IMG/VR virus record: IMGVR_UViG_3300046660_000488
Coordinates: 496,001-560,000 of that record
Reading direction: 5' to 3' (one strand)
DNA length: 64,000 nt
In this document: positions 36,191 through 45,952 of the stretch, piece by piece
How the letters are laid out: every line of letters begins with the position of its first letter
Position numbering within the stretch: position 1 is the stretch's first letter
Position numbers and translations under genes: made by a program
The notes under the pieces: generated by a model
The model's database searches: none
What the model was told of the DNA's origin: nothing
The model's input: only the letters and a program-made list of their open reading frames with translations

Positions 36191-36384
36191 CACTAGAAGA
36201 GGCGAAGCAAGCATTGGTGGTGGCATCATCAAAGCGGGACTTGGCCTTTGAAATGTGGCCGAGCAATCCAACGACCATCGCGGTAGCTGGACACTTTGAC
36301 GACCATACCTATGCCAGAGAATGGCAAAAGTACAACGACCTGATTGAAACAATACTTAACCAATTTCCGGAGTTGAAATCATGA
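36187..36384 (+). CDS. hypothetical protein
   Basis: GGAGG SD; coupled. Confidence 0.55.
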   Translation: MTLEEAKQALVVASSKRDLAFEMWPSNPTTIAVAGHFDDHTYAREWQKYNDLIETILNQFPELKS

Positions 36385-36959
36385 CCACCAAGACTGAACT
36401 TGACAACCTGCTGGCCGAGACCCTGAAGGCCAACAACCGTGGCTCCACCAAGGAAGCCATCCGCATCCTGCTGAACTCGCTGGTCCCCGCGCTGGTGGAC
36501 TTCGTCGAGAACCCCGGCGTTTCGTTCGTCCCGGCCGAAGTGACCAAGGAAGAAGCCGTCGCTCAGGCTGAAGCCCTGTTCTCGCCGCCGTCCAAGGCTG
36601 ACGAGATCGCGGAAGACGCCATGATCATCGAGCGCATCCAAGACTCTCCGGAGCGCAAGGTGTTCTCCGTGGACGTCGGCTCGCTGGCGCCCGAAGAGGT
36701 CGTCGCCAAGCTGGAGGAATTCAAGGAAGAATTCGCCGCCGCCAAGGTGGAAGGTGAGACCTGCGAGCCGTGCGAACCGACCGAAGAGAACCCGAACGGC
36801 GTCGCCGATCCGGTCGTGATCCCGGCCGAAGACGTGCCCGCCACTGAAGTGGCCGACGAGCCTGCCGCTGAAGTCGCCGACAAGGCGGATGATGCTGGTG
36901 AGGACGCCCCGGCTGCGAAAACCGCGCCGAAGGGCAAGACGACCAAGAAGGCTGATTAA
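36381..36959 (+). CDS. acidic low-complexity protein
   Basis: GGAG SD; E/A-rich. Confidence 0.7.
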   Translation: MTTKTELDNLLAETLKANNRGSTKEAIRILLNSLVPALVDFVENPGVSFVPAEVTKEEAVAQAEALFSPPSKADEIAEDAMIIERIQDSPERKVFSVDVGSLAPEEVVAKLEEFKEEFAAAKVEGETCEPCEPTEENPNGVADPVVIPAEDVPATEVADEPAAEVADKADDAGEDAPAAKTAPKGKTTKKAD

Positions 36960-37124
36960 AATCAGCGAGTGAGCACGCTGGCCCGCCACGAAAAAAATTG
37001 AGCGTCGTAGCGGGCCAGCGGAGCAACCAAATAGCAGGGAGAGTGCTATCCGAAAACCTTTGACATGGCCGTCTACTCGTATTTATTATGCGTTGGTAAA
37101 CCATTTCGATTAAGGCCATTTTTC

Positions 37125-37667
37125 GTGAGTTCCCCGCCCAAAGCGCGGCCGAAGTACGTCCTCGACATGTTCAAAGAGGTACTTCCCGCCGCCGACCGAC
37201 GTGACTTCGGGTTTTTCACCCGCCTATCCGACGATCAGAAAAAGGGCTTCTCGGCTCCCGTCATTCTGCGCGCCGCATCCATCATCGGGGACGGACCCCA
37301 AGCTGCTCGGCAGATCGAGAAAGTCAACGAGCGGGCCAACCTGAACTTCCACGCGCTCTACAAACACCCAGACCTCCAGTACCGGCTTATCGCATCCTGC
37401 GGCACGGGGCGACAGCAATTCCACCCTTGGATCGCTGGAGCCAAATCAGGCAAGAAAACCGACAAGGTCACCCTGTTCTTGGCCCGGTTCCACCCGACCG
37501 CGAACGACTTCGAGTTGGACATTCTCCTCTCCAAGTTCACCGATGAAACGTTCCGGCAGTTTGTCCGCTCCAGCGGCATCACGGATGCGGAAGAAAAAGA
37601 GGTTTTGGAAGCGTATGACCGTCTCACCGGAAAAGCAAAAAGCCCCAAGAAAAAAGCAAAAGGCTGA
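37125..37667 (+). CDS. putative clamp-loader small subunit (gp62-like)
   Basis: FS..VILR..S, N..N, LQY.L, FHPWI pattern; replication gene neighbourhood. Confidence 0.5.
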   Translation: MSSPPKARPKYVLDMFKEVLPAADRRDFGFFTRLSDDQKKGFSAPVILRAASIIGDGPQAARQIEKVNERANLNFHALYKHPDLQYRLIASCGTGRQQFHPWIAGAKSGKKTDKVTLFLARFHPTANDFELDILLSKFTDETFRQFVRSSGITDAEEKEVLEAYDRLTGKAKSPKKKAKG

Positions 37668-38346
37668 GCCGGTCGGGTTTTCCTGCGAACACTGCAAGAA
37701 GACCTACGTCCGCGAGAGCACGCTGCTGAGCCACGTCTGCGAGCCGAAGCGCCGTTTGATGGAGAAAGACCAGAAACACGTGGTGTTCGCCTTCTGGGCC
37801 TACAACCATTTCTGGAAGATGAACATGTACGGCGCTAAGGAGCGCACGTACAAGGATTTCATGACAAGCAACGTCTACACCGCCTACGTGCGGTTCGGGC
37901 GCTACATCATGGACATCAACGCCATCAACCCGAAAGCCTACGTCGATTACTTGATGAAGAACAAGGTCAAGATCGACGATTGGGTCAAGGACTCTGTCTA
38001 CGAGCGCTACATCCGCGAACTGAATACCAAGGAAAGCGCCGACGCCGCGATCCAGCGCACGACCATGCTGATGGAAGAGTGGGCCATCAACACCGGCAAA
38101 CCGTGGGTCGATTTCTTCCGAGAGATCAATCCGAACCAAGCCACGTCGTGGATTTTGTCCGGCCGCATCAGCCCGTGGGTCATCTACACCGCCAATAGCT
38201 CGCACGAAATGTTCGACCGCATGTCGGACGAACAGCTTGCTTTGGTGCATAACTACATAAACCCGGACTTTTGGAAGCATCGCATCAAGATGCACCAGAC
38301 GGACGTGGCGACAATTCGAGAGATTTTTGATTCTGTAGGTATTTGA
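37615..38346 (+). CDS. phage protein with N-terminal C2HC-type Zn finger
   Basis: FSCEHCKKTY.RESTL.SHVCE. Confidence 0.7.
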   Translation: MTVSPEKQKAPRKKQKAEPVGFSCEHCKKTYVRESTLLSHVCEPKRRLMEKDQKHVVFAFWAYNHFWKMNMYGAKERTYKDFMTSNVYTAYVRFGRYIMDINAINPKAYVDYLMKNKVKIDDWVKDSVYERYIRELNTKESADAAIQRTTMLMEEWAINTGKPWVDFFREINPNQATSWILSGRISPWVIYTANSSHEMFDRMSDEQLALVHNYINPDFWKHRIKMHQTDVATIREIFDSVGI

Positions 38347-38810
38347 TGAGCGATTTTGGAGAAGAGCCCCAGCGGATTGATGAAGCCGCTGTCGAGGCAG
38401 AAATCCGCCACCAGATGTACGGCCAATACCTTGGCGACGACGATGGCGGTGACGACCTGTACAGCATGTACGGCGTCCGTGACGACGACCTCGACGATCC
38501 TGCGGTTTCTCCAGAACTGCGCGCCGCGCAGATCGACGCCCTCAAGCAAATCCGCCCCGGCGCCTACGCCAAGCAGACCGTTCGGGATGTGGTCGAGATT
38601 GATCTGGGCATGGGCAAGACCGCGACCGTCGCCGGAGCCGACTACGTCAAGAAACTGGAACAGGTGATCGACAAGCAGGGCATGATGCTCCGACAACTAT
38701 TCACCCTCGTTCGACAGCAGCGTGTGGCGATCAACCAAATCAACAGCCAGAACGGCCAAGAGTTCAATTCGATCTGGAATGAACTTGAGAAGAAAATAAC
38801 GATGAGGTAA
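38343..38810 (+). CDS. hypothetical protein
   Basis: Coupled ORF; coiled-coil-like C-terminus. Confidence 0.6.
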   Translation: MMSDFGEEPQRIDEAAVEAEIRHQMYGQYLGDDDGGDDLYSMYGVRDDDLDDPAVSPELRAAQIDALKQIRPGAYAKQTVRDVVEIDLGMGKTATVAGADYVKKLEQVIDKQGMMLRQLFTLVRQQRVAINQINSQNGQEFNSIWNELEKKITMR

Positions 38811-38819
38811 TCTTCACCT

Positions 38820-39275
38820 ATGGCTTGCGTAATCATCAACGACTTCGTGTCCGACCGCCGGACTGAGATCACCTTCAACCACCCGCAGGATTTCCAACGG
38901 GTGGACGCCATGTGGGAAGATGAAGACCAGCTTCTACGGGAGCTTCAGACCACCGAGGCCTTCAAGGGCAAGACGCGGTGGTGCGACCTCACCCCGATGA
39001 ACTACCGCTTCCTGCTGATGAACGTCCTGAACAAGGTCAGCGCCCTGTCGGACGAAGAGCAATCGGACCCCGGCCACGAGGCGATGTCGAGCCTGACGTT
39101 CTGCCTCAGCGCCTTGCTGAAATGTCTGGAAGATCGTAGCCAGAGCACGGTGGAATTGCTGCGCGTCAACCGACTCGGCGAGCAGGAAATGCTTTACGAC
39201 TTCACCGCCAGCGTCAACATGCAACTCGAACGCAAGCCCACCAAAGGCTTCCGCGTCGTCGTGGACAACACCTGA
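38820..39275 (+). CDS. hypothetical protein
   Basis: GAGGT SD; coupled to next gene. Confidence 0.65.
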   Translation: MACVIINDFVSDRRTEITFNHPQDFQRVDAMWEDEDQLLRELQTTEAFKGKTRWCDLTPMNYRFLLMNVLNKVSALSDEEQSDPGHEAMSSLTFCLSALLKCLEDRSQSTVELLRVNRLGEQEMLYDFTASVNMQLERKPTKGFRVVVDNT

Positions 39276-39901
39276 TGGGCAAGGTCACTACCGACATCGA
39301 CATCGACTTCGCGGATCGCGAAGGCGCGCTCGACGCCCTGATGGTCGTGTCGGCCAGCATGAGCAAGGATGGCGTCCGCAGGCGCCACCCGACCAGCGTC
39401 TATTTCCAGAACATCCCGACCGATCCCATCGACGGCTACGCGGCCATCGAGTACGAGCCTGCGGCCGATAACGGCTACTTCAAGATCGACTTCCTGAACA
39501 ACAGCATCTACAACGGCATTCGGGACGAAGAGCATCTTGACGCCCTGATCAATACGCCGGTGGACTGGGACCTGTTCCTGATCCCCGAAGTCGTGTCTGA
39601 ACTCGCCCACATCAAATCCCATTTCAACGTCGTCCAATTCGTCAAGCCTAAGAGCATCGACGATCTGGCCGTGATCCTCGCCCTGATCCGTCCGGGCAAG
39701 CGTCACCTGATCGGCGCGCCGCGCCACAAGATCGACGCCGAAATCTGGTCGGCCGGGAACGAGGACTACACCTTCAAGCGTGCCCACGCCTGTGCGTACG
39801 CCGTCAGCATCATCGTCCAGTTGAACAAACTGTTCGAGGAATTGGCGCCCTTGCTCGACGACAACAGCCAGCACGGAGACTCGTCGGAGTTCTTCTCTTG
39901 A
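39275..39901 (+). CDS. miniature C-family (DnaE-like) polymerase core
   Basis: DIDIDF, RHPTSVYF, FKIDFL, KPKSIDDLA..LALIRPG, YTFKRAHA.AY. Confidence 0.8.
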   Translation: MGKVTTDIDIDFADREGALDALMVVSASMSKDGVRRRHPTSVYFQNIPTDPIDGYAAIEYEPAADNGYFKIDFLNNSIYNGIRDEEHLDALINTPVDWDLFLIPEVVSELAHIKSHFNVVQFVKPKSIDDLAVILALIRPGKRHLIGAPRHKIDAEIWSAGNEDYTFKRAHACAYAVSIIVQLNKLFEELAPLLDDNSQHGDSSEFFS

Positions 39902-40254
39902 TCGTCACGCGCAAGTCGCCGTGTCAGTTGGTCTACGAAGGCGTGGAATCCACGAACCGCGTGATCGATCTGCCTGTGCTTGACCTGCACGAAAACGAAA
40001 TCGGTCTCGACTCCGGCCGCTTCAAGCATTTCACCCGTGAAAAGCAGGAATTGAAGGTCAAGCTGACGCTGGCCCGCGATCCTGAAGAGACCCGCTTCAT
40101 GATGCGTGAGCGCGTCGAGTGGATCGCCCGACATACCGACGAGCCATGGTCGATGGACGTCACCTACAAATCCATGGAACAGCCGCTGGAGGCGACATTC
40201 TGGTTCGCCGAGACCACGGCGGCCGTCCTATTCAAGCTTGTATGGTACGACTGA
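39898..40254 (+). CDS. hypothetical protein (FKLVW C-terminus)
   Basis: TTGA coupling. Confidence 0.6.
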   Translation: MIVTRKSPCQLVYEGVESTNRVIDLPVLDLHENEIGLDSGRFKHFTREKQELKVKLTLARDPEETRFMMRERVEWIARHTDEPWSMDVTYKSMEQPLEATFWFAETTAAVLFKLVWYD

Positions 40255-40299
40255 TCGGGTTATAGGAAATGGTAAACCATATTTTTGTAGGCCATTTCC

Positions 40300-40995
40300 A
40301 TGGGTCGTTTGATCCCCATCGCTCCGAATTTCAAGATCGAAGATCAAAAAACCGGGCCTCCGGTTCAAATGTCGAGAGTGGTCCATCTGGCCGATAAGGA
40401 CGGCGTGCCGCTTTCGAACATGAGCGGGTTGGTGATAGTCAACGAACCGGCGTCTGCACCAGCGGTAAAGAACGACGCTTTCATTCGCCCGTCGAACATC
40501 ATCTATCAAATCGTCGGCGATCTGAACAGCGCAAGCTACGACAATCCCGAAAAGCCTCATCGAAACCAACCGTTCAAAATGAGACATCGACCCGCCTCTG
40601 ACCGGGTCGTGATGAGTATTGACGCCGACCCAAACCAGTCATTCTGGACGTTCGACGAATTCGAAGAATTCGTTCACGGGCTGAAACATGACGTCTACAT
40701 CAGCGAATTCCAATTCGCCCAACTGAACGTCAAATCATCCACAGTCACGCTTTATACGACCAGTATGATTGACCATGCGAACTTGACGGCCCGAATCCGG
40801 TCTCCGCGAAAGCCGCCACTGAAATTCGACATTGATGAAAACGAGCTTGGCGAACTGGCCGAGTGGTGCACCAAGAACCTGCTCGGCATGTTCGATCTCG
40901 AAGTGTCAAACTGGGGTCCAGTGCGGAACGCTTATCTTCGCGTTAAGGATGACGTAGAAGAGGTGCATGCAAAGCTGCGATGGTGCGGCAACTAA
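40300..40995 (+). CDS. hypothetical protein
   Basis: Clean ORF. Confidence 0.6.
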   Translation: MGRLIPIAPNFKIEDQKTGPPVQMSRVVHLADKDGVPLSNMSGLVIVNEPASAPAVKNDAFIRPSNIIYQIVGDLNSASYDNPEKPHRNQPFKMRHRPASDRVVMSIDADPNQSFWTFDEFEEFVHGLKHDVYISEFQFAQLNVKSSTVTLYTTSMIDHANLTARIRSPRKPPLKFDIDENELGELAEWCTKNLLGMFDLEVSNWGPVRNAYLRVKDDVEEVHAKLRWCGN

Positions 40996-41052
40996 GACTT
41001 GCAATATTTGACAACTGTGCTACAGGTTCGGCTTCGATAGCAGGAGACCGCG

Positions 41053-41307
41053 TTGTCCCTATTCGGTAATCGCATCGCGCGCCCCATCGGGGCCGCCGAC
41101 ATGGAGCACTATGAATCGGGCCTCGTGCTCCGGTTCGCTATTGTCATGTCCGGCCGCAGCGAGACCGACTGGGCCGCGCTGTCGCCACGGACTAAGGGCC
41201 GTTGGCTCGACAAATCCCGCGACGCCCTCTGCGCTGTCCTGAACGAAAAGGAAGTGGTGGCCAAGCTCCCGCTTCTCGTCAATAACCTGACGCAGAGGGA
41301 TCAATGA
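41053..41307 (+). CDS. hypothetical protein
   Basis: AGGAG SD; TTGCAA/TGCTAC promoter. Confidence 0.55.
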   Translation: MSLFGNRIARPIGAADMEHYESGLVLRFAIVMSGRSETDWAALSPRTKGRWLDKSRDALCAVLNEKEVVAKLPLLVNNLTQRDQ

Positions 41308-41558
41308 CCCAGCCCACCAAGCTCATCGTCACCGACGAGATCGTCGCCCACGTTCTGCTGGCTACCTTCGATTCCATCATCGAAGGCCGCAAGGAACCGA
41401 ACATCGTCGATTTCCTTCTGGCCGAAGGGATCGCTCAGGCGGTGTTGCAAACGGCCTTTCCCGAGGTGAAGGATCGCGAGAGCGTGGCTGATCACGGCCA
41501 AACCGTCGTGGTCTGGCGCGACCTGCGCGCCGAGCAGAAAGCTAAGCGGGGGTACTGA
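41304..41558 (+). CDS. hypothetical protein
   Basis: Coupled. Confidence 0.6.
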   Translation: MTQPTKLIVTDEIVAHVLLATFDSIIEGRKEPNIVDFLLAEGIAQAVLQTAFPEVKDRESVADHGQTVVVWRDLRAEQKAKRGY

Positions 41559-41560
41559 AC

Positions 41561-42007
41561 ATGAGAGTCACCTTCCACGGCGAGGAATTCTCGCACACGA
41601 TCAACCTGAACCCGATGGGCGCCATCAAGGAATGGCTGGAGGCGCGCGCCAAGCGCAAGGCCAAGAACGATCTCGCCATCCTGCTCAAGCAAGCGGCGAT
41701 GAACGAGTTTCAATGGAACACCAACGTCATCCGGGCGACGGACAATAACGGGCGCCTGAGCGTCGGGTCCTCGCTGAACCGGGATTTCGACGACACCATC
41801 GCGGTCGGGTTCTATCTCGGGAACAGCACGTGGCGGCACGTCAACATCAGCACCTCGCGTGCGCGCCTGATGGCCAAGATGCTTGTCGAGCGCGCTGACG
41901 CCATCGAAGAAATCGACGGCCAAGCTCACGACATCGACAAGCCGCAGGAATTCATCGACGGCCTGAAGCCGGGTGACCAGTACTACAACCTCTACCACAA
42001 GGCCTGA
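41561..42007 (+). CDS. hypothetical protein
   Basis: Operon context. Confidence 0.65.
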   Translation: MRVTFHGEEFSHTINLNPMGAIKEWLEARAKRKAKNDLAILLKQAAMNEFQWNTNVIRATDNNGRLSVGSSLNRDFDDTIAVGFYLGNSTWRHVNISTSRARLMAKMLVERADAIEEIDGQAHDIDKPQEFIDGLKPGDQYYNLYHKA

Positions 42008-42008
42008 T

Positions 42009-42524
42009 ATGAAGCCCCACACGGCATTGCTCTTCGGTCTGGGCTTGGGACTGACGGCTGGTATCCTCGGGATGATGTCGCTGGATCGCTCGCTCGACCA
42101 CGTCGAGAAAAAATCGGCGGCCAGCGTTCAGGTCAAAGTGGACAACGACAACGGCAACGACCGGGTCGTCTACGTCACCGCGATCTACGACGGCGACACC
42201 TTCAGCTTCAACATGCCGGGCCTGCCGCCCAAGCTGAACCCCCTGAAGATCAGGGTGCGGGGCGTGGACACGCCCGAGCGCGGCGGTAAGGCCAAGTGCG
42301 ACGCCGAGCGGAATGCGGCAGATCGCGCACGCGAGTTCACCAAGAAACTGATCCACGGCAATGGCGACAAGGTGCTGCTGAAGAACCTCGACTGGGACAA
42401 ATACGGCGGGCGGGTTGATGCTGACGTCTACGTCGGAGACACGCTGCTCTCGGATCGCCTGATCGCTGGCGGCTACGGCCGCGAGTACCACGGCGAGAAA
42501 CGCGACATCGGGTGGTGCAACTGA
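42009..42524 (+). CDS. thermonuclease (SNase-like) with N-terminal membrane anchor
   Basis: IYDGDT, IRVRGVDTPE, DKYGGR motifs. Confidence 0.9.
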   Translation: MKPHTALLFGLGLGLTAGILGMMSLDRSLDHVEKKSAASVQVKVDNDNGNDRVVYVTAIYDGDTFSFNMPGLPPKLNPLKIRVRGVDTPERGGKAKCDAERNAADRAREFTKKLIHGNGDKVLLKNLDWDKYGGRVDADVYVGDTLLSDRLIAGGYGREYHGEKRDIGWCN

Positions 42525-42525
42525 C

Positions 42526-42750
42526 ATGGGCGTGAAATCGACAGTTCATCTGTCTCGCGAAGAGGCAGAGCGGCGCTACATCGACCACATTATCGACACG
42601 GTGCTTCGGCCCCGTCTGGTCAGTCAGGTCTCGTTCTTGAGCGACACTGAGCTTGAGGATGTGATCGAGCGGTTCAACGACGAGAAATATGAGAGCGGCG
42701 GCGGGTTCGACAACTACATCATCGACGCCCGGACTGACGTCCGTACGTGA
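42526..42750 (+). CDS. hypothetical protein
   Basis: Operon context. Confidence 0.6.
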   Translation: MGVKSTVHLSREEAERRYIDHIIDTVLRPRLVSQVSFLSDTELEDVIERFNDEKYESGGGFDNYIIDARTDVRT

Positions 42751-43510
42751 TCTGAAGGAAACCGTTCGCTCGCGCTCACTTTCTTCCTTCAGATCGAAGC
42801 TCTCTATGTGAGTTTCGAATCATATGTCCCTAGATTTACAGTCTCTTTCTCCCCCTGTCGTGGTGACGCGCTTATCCAATGGTCGCACTGATGCGATTTG
42901 AAGAAGGGCAGTCACCACGACAGGGGGATTTCGGTCGTTACGTCCCTGAGTTCGTATCGCCTTTCGATAGCAACTGGACACGTTTATAGTGTCAGCAGGC
43001 GGTCTCCCTAGACCTGCATGCCATTGCCCAATCCCGGCCGCTTCACCTGAAGAGAGGGGTTTTGGGGCTGTGGTCTCGATGTGTGCTCGCGCACCTTTTC
43101 ATCGGCCAGCCTTGCACCCCCGGTAAGCTTTTGTGCCAGACGGTTATGATTTGTTGGATCAAGCTCGTGAGCACGGCAATCGAAGAACCGCACTCACGCG
43201 GGCGGCGGTCAAATTCTCCAGACCGGACCGCCCTCGTTTTCGTGGTGCCTTTTTACATGCCTGAAGCATGTGGAGGGGCCGTTACTGCTTTCCGCATGTC
43301 CGCCTCCGTGGTTGCTCTACCCCTGCACCGGTCACCAGTTAGGCCCAGTCTTTTCCAGTTTTGCGGTGGGGTGAACCGCTGTATACCCCTGAGCACTATA
43401 TGAGTCCTTGTATAGAATCCTTTATCAAATACTGTCGATAAAATAGTAGGCACAGAATTCCGAATCAGAGGTAGTGACCTCTGCGTGACGATCTCGTAAA
43501 CCATTTATTG
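42749..43510. other. large non-coding structured region (ncRNA or origin candidate)
   Basis: About 800 bp without codon-biased ORFs; perfect inverted repeats 42749-42760/42784-42795 and 42850-42867/42911-42928. Confidence 0.45.
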
Positions 43511-43587
43511 ACCAGAAAATACCTGACCTATATGGTGCAGAAATCAGGTGGAAACGCCTGTTATTTCAACAAAGGTATTTGAGTTAG

Positions 43588-44115
43588 ATGAAGTTTCTCG
43601 CCCCTCTGGCCGCCATTGCGGCCCTCGCTATCGCCGGTTCGGCCGCCGCTGCTCCCTCGAACTACGTCCAAGGTTCGGTCGGTGGTCAATTCCAAGCCAA
43701 CCGCGCTGACGCCACTTCCTACTCGGCCGCTGTCGGCCGCGACTTCGGCACGGTCCGCGTCGAAGGCGAATACGTCGCCTCGCGTGGTTCGGACAATGCC
43801 AAGCTCGGCACGGTCGAAGCCAATCTGGGCAACGTCAACGTGTTCGTCGAGCCGGTGACGGTCTACGGCATCACTCCCTTCGTCGGCGCGGGCGTCGGCT
43901 ACGGCTCGCTGTACGGCGCCGGTGTCAAGGGTGATCGCAACGGCACGGTGTTCAACGCCCAAGTCGGCGCCACCTACAAGCTGACCCCGAAGCTGGACGT
44001 GGTGGGCTCGTACCGCTACTGGCTGGCCGCCGACGTGGACGTCCAAAAGGCGCCCAAGATCGTCGAGCAGTATCGCGCCGAGACCCTGTCGGTGGGCCTG
44101 CGCTACAGCTTCTAA
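43588..44115 (+). CDS. outer-membrane 8-stranded beta-barrel protein
   Basis: Signal peptide; RVEGEY, TPFVGAGVGY; C-terminal GLRYSF. Confidence 0.88.
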   Translation: MKFLAPLAAIAALAIAGSAAAAPSNYVQGSVGGQFQANRADATSYSAAVGRDFGTVRVEGEYVASRGSDNAKLGTVEANLGNVNVFVEPVTVYGITPFVGAGVGYGSLYGAGVKGDRNGTVFNAQVGATYKLTPKLDVVGSYRYWLAADVDVQKAPKIVEQYRAETLSVGLRYSF

Positions 44116-44140
44116 TCCTTCGGGATATGAGGTACGGATG

Positions 44141-44171
44141 AGGCCGGGAGAAATCCCGGCCTTTTTCTTTT
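44141..44171 (+). terminator. intrinsic terminator
   Basis: AGGCCGGGA-GAAA-TCCCGGCCT-TTTTCTTT. Confidence 0.8.
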
Positions 44172-44182
44172 GGGGAACGAGA

Positions 44183-44722
44183 ATGACCATCGCCTTGATC
44201 GCAGCCATGGACCTCAACGGCGTCATCGGCAAGGACGGAACCCTACCGTGGAAGCTGCGGGACGACATGGTCCTGTTCAAGATGCAGACCTACGGCCACA
44301 ACGTCTACATGGGCCGCAAGACTTGGGAGTCCATCGGCGCCAAACCCCTGCCCGGCCGCGACAACATCGTGTTCTCCAACCAGTTGGCGGCGAAGGCCGG
44401 GGAAAACTCCTGCGAAATTCTCCAATTTGGAAATGAGTTTGTGGACGTTTACCGCGTTCACCAGATCGACAACGTTCTGAGCGACATCGGCGCTAATTAC
44501 CACAGCAAGAAGCAGTTCGTCATCGGCGGGGCGAAGCTCTACGAAGCCACGCTACCTGATGCTGACGAACTGTACATCACCCGCGTGCTGGCCGAAGTCG
44601 AGGGCGACACGGTTTTCCCCGACATCGACCTCCACGAATGGAAGTTGATCACCCGCCTCGATTTCCCTAAGAACGACCGAAACGACCACGCTTTCTTCCA
44701 CGCTTACTACGTTCGCAAGTAG
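44183..44722 (+). CDS. folA: dihydrofolate reductase
   Basis: IAA.D.NGVIG..GTLPW..DM..FK, MGRKTWESI, PLPGR.NIV, VIGGA.LY, GDT.FP. Confidence 0.95.
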   Translation: MTIALIAAMDLNGVIGKDGTLPWKLRDDMVLFKMQTYGHNVYMGRKTWESIGAKPLPGRDNIVFSNQLAAKAGENSCEILQFGNEFVDVYRVHQIDNVLSDIGANYHSKKQFVIGGAKLYEATLPDADELYITRVLAEVEGDTVFPDIDLHEWKLITRLDFPKNDRNDHAFFHAYYVRK

Positions 44723-44762
44723 AGCGGCTTGACAACAGTATAGATTCTGATACTCTGCTTGG

Positions 44763-45395
44763 ATGATCGTAGAGACCATCACAGCAGAGTGCAGCCAGTA
44801 TCTGGCCGCCTTCGACCACACCCGGCCCCTCCTACGGGGTCTGGAGGGCATGAAGGCTGACCATCTGCTGATGATGCCCACCGACCGCTCCAAGCGCTCT
44901 GGCGCCGAATTGGGCGTCGAGCAGCACACCGACGCTTACCTGAAGAAAAACAAGTTCAAGGCCATGCGTCTCCAGAGTGCGTTCTGCACTCACGAGGCCA
45001 CGTACGCCGAGCAATACGGTGACCTGTTCTATTTCTTCCCCAAGGACGGCTACTCGTTCGCTTATGGCGCGGGTCGGGACCTGATCCCGACCGTTGAGAA
45101 ATGGCTGATCGAGGACGCGAATTACGAAGCCCGCCAGATGGGCTTGGGGCCGGGTGTGCAGGACATGCTCCACGACGCACGCTCGGACATATGGACCTTC
45201 GGTGTCTATCTGGATCGCGCCCCCAAGATGCGGAAGCTGTACCACGCCTACCTCGACCGCTATGGTCTGTCGCAGACTGATCTGCGGGCTGGCCTCGACG
45301 CCAACGCCGAATTCTGGTTCACCGGCGAGTACCATGTGGTCCGCAAGGAAAGTCAGATGGGCTGGGAAGTATGGAAAGCCTTCGGGCTTTTCTGA
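44763..45395 (+). CDS. putative ADP-ribosyltransferase-fold protein
   Basis: LLRG...SAFCT...A.QYG...AEFWF (R-S-E-like). Confidence 0.4.
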   Translation: MIVETITAECSQYLAAFDHTRPLLRGLEGMKADHLLMMPTDRSKRSGAELGVEQHTDAYLKKNKFKAMRLQSAFCTHEATYAEQYGDLFYFFPKDGYSFAYGAGRDLIPTVEKWLIEDANYEARQMGLGPGVQDMLHDARSDIWTFGVYLDRAPKMRKLYHAYLDRYGLSQTDLRAGLDANAEFWFTGEYHVVRKESQMGWEVWKAFGLF

Positions 45396-45487
45396 AACCA
45401 CAGTTTTCCATCTATACTTGAAATAGTGCTTGCAATAAGCACTGCGTGTGCTACTGTGTGTTCTCGGATCAACGAACGGAGCGCCCC

Positions 45488-45952
45488 ATGTCGTCGAAGA
45501 CCTCCATCGTCTACGTGAACCACTATCACACCCACACGGTGGAATCGCTCGACAAGGCGCTGGCGCTCCTGACGATGCTGGCCCCGATGAAAATGTCGCC
45601 TGATGTTTATCAGCCGGTCGCGCGCGAATCCGTCCGCGAAATGATCTGGGTGCACAACGTCCTGTCGCGCATGACCGAACAGCCGCAGATCGAAATCAAG
45701 ACCACCGGCATCGACAACGACGAGACCGGCAAGGTGAAGGTCTACGACCTGACCGATAAGCACAACATGGAGTACACCAAGAAGGTGTTCGACATGGTCA
45801 AGGGCGCCGTCAGCGACCCGTTCATCCACGGCAACGACCCGGTCGGCTGCGAAGGCTTCCGCGAGGCGGCCATTACCAACCTGCACAAGGCGCGCTATCT
45901 GATGGCGGCGCTGCTGGCTGGCGTGTTCGTCAAGGAAGAGGCCAAGGCCTAA
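45488..45952 (+). CDS. hypothetical protein
   Basis: GGAG SD. Confidence 0.65.
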   Translation: MSSKTSIVYVNHYHTHTVESLDKALALLTMLAPMKMSPDVYQPVARESVREMIWVHNVLSRMTEQPQIEIKTTGIDNDETGKVKVYDLTDKHNMEYTKKVFDMVKGAVSDPFIHGNDPVGCEGFREAAITNLHKARYLMAALLAGVFVKEEAKA

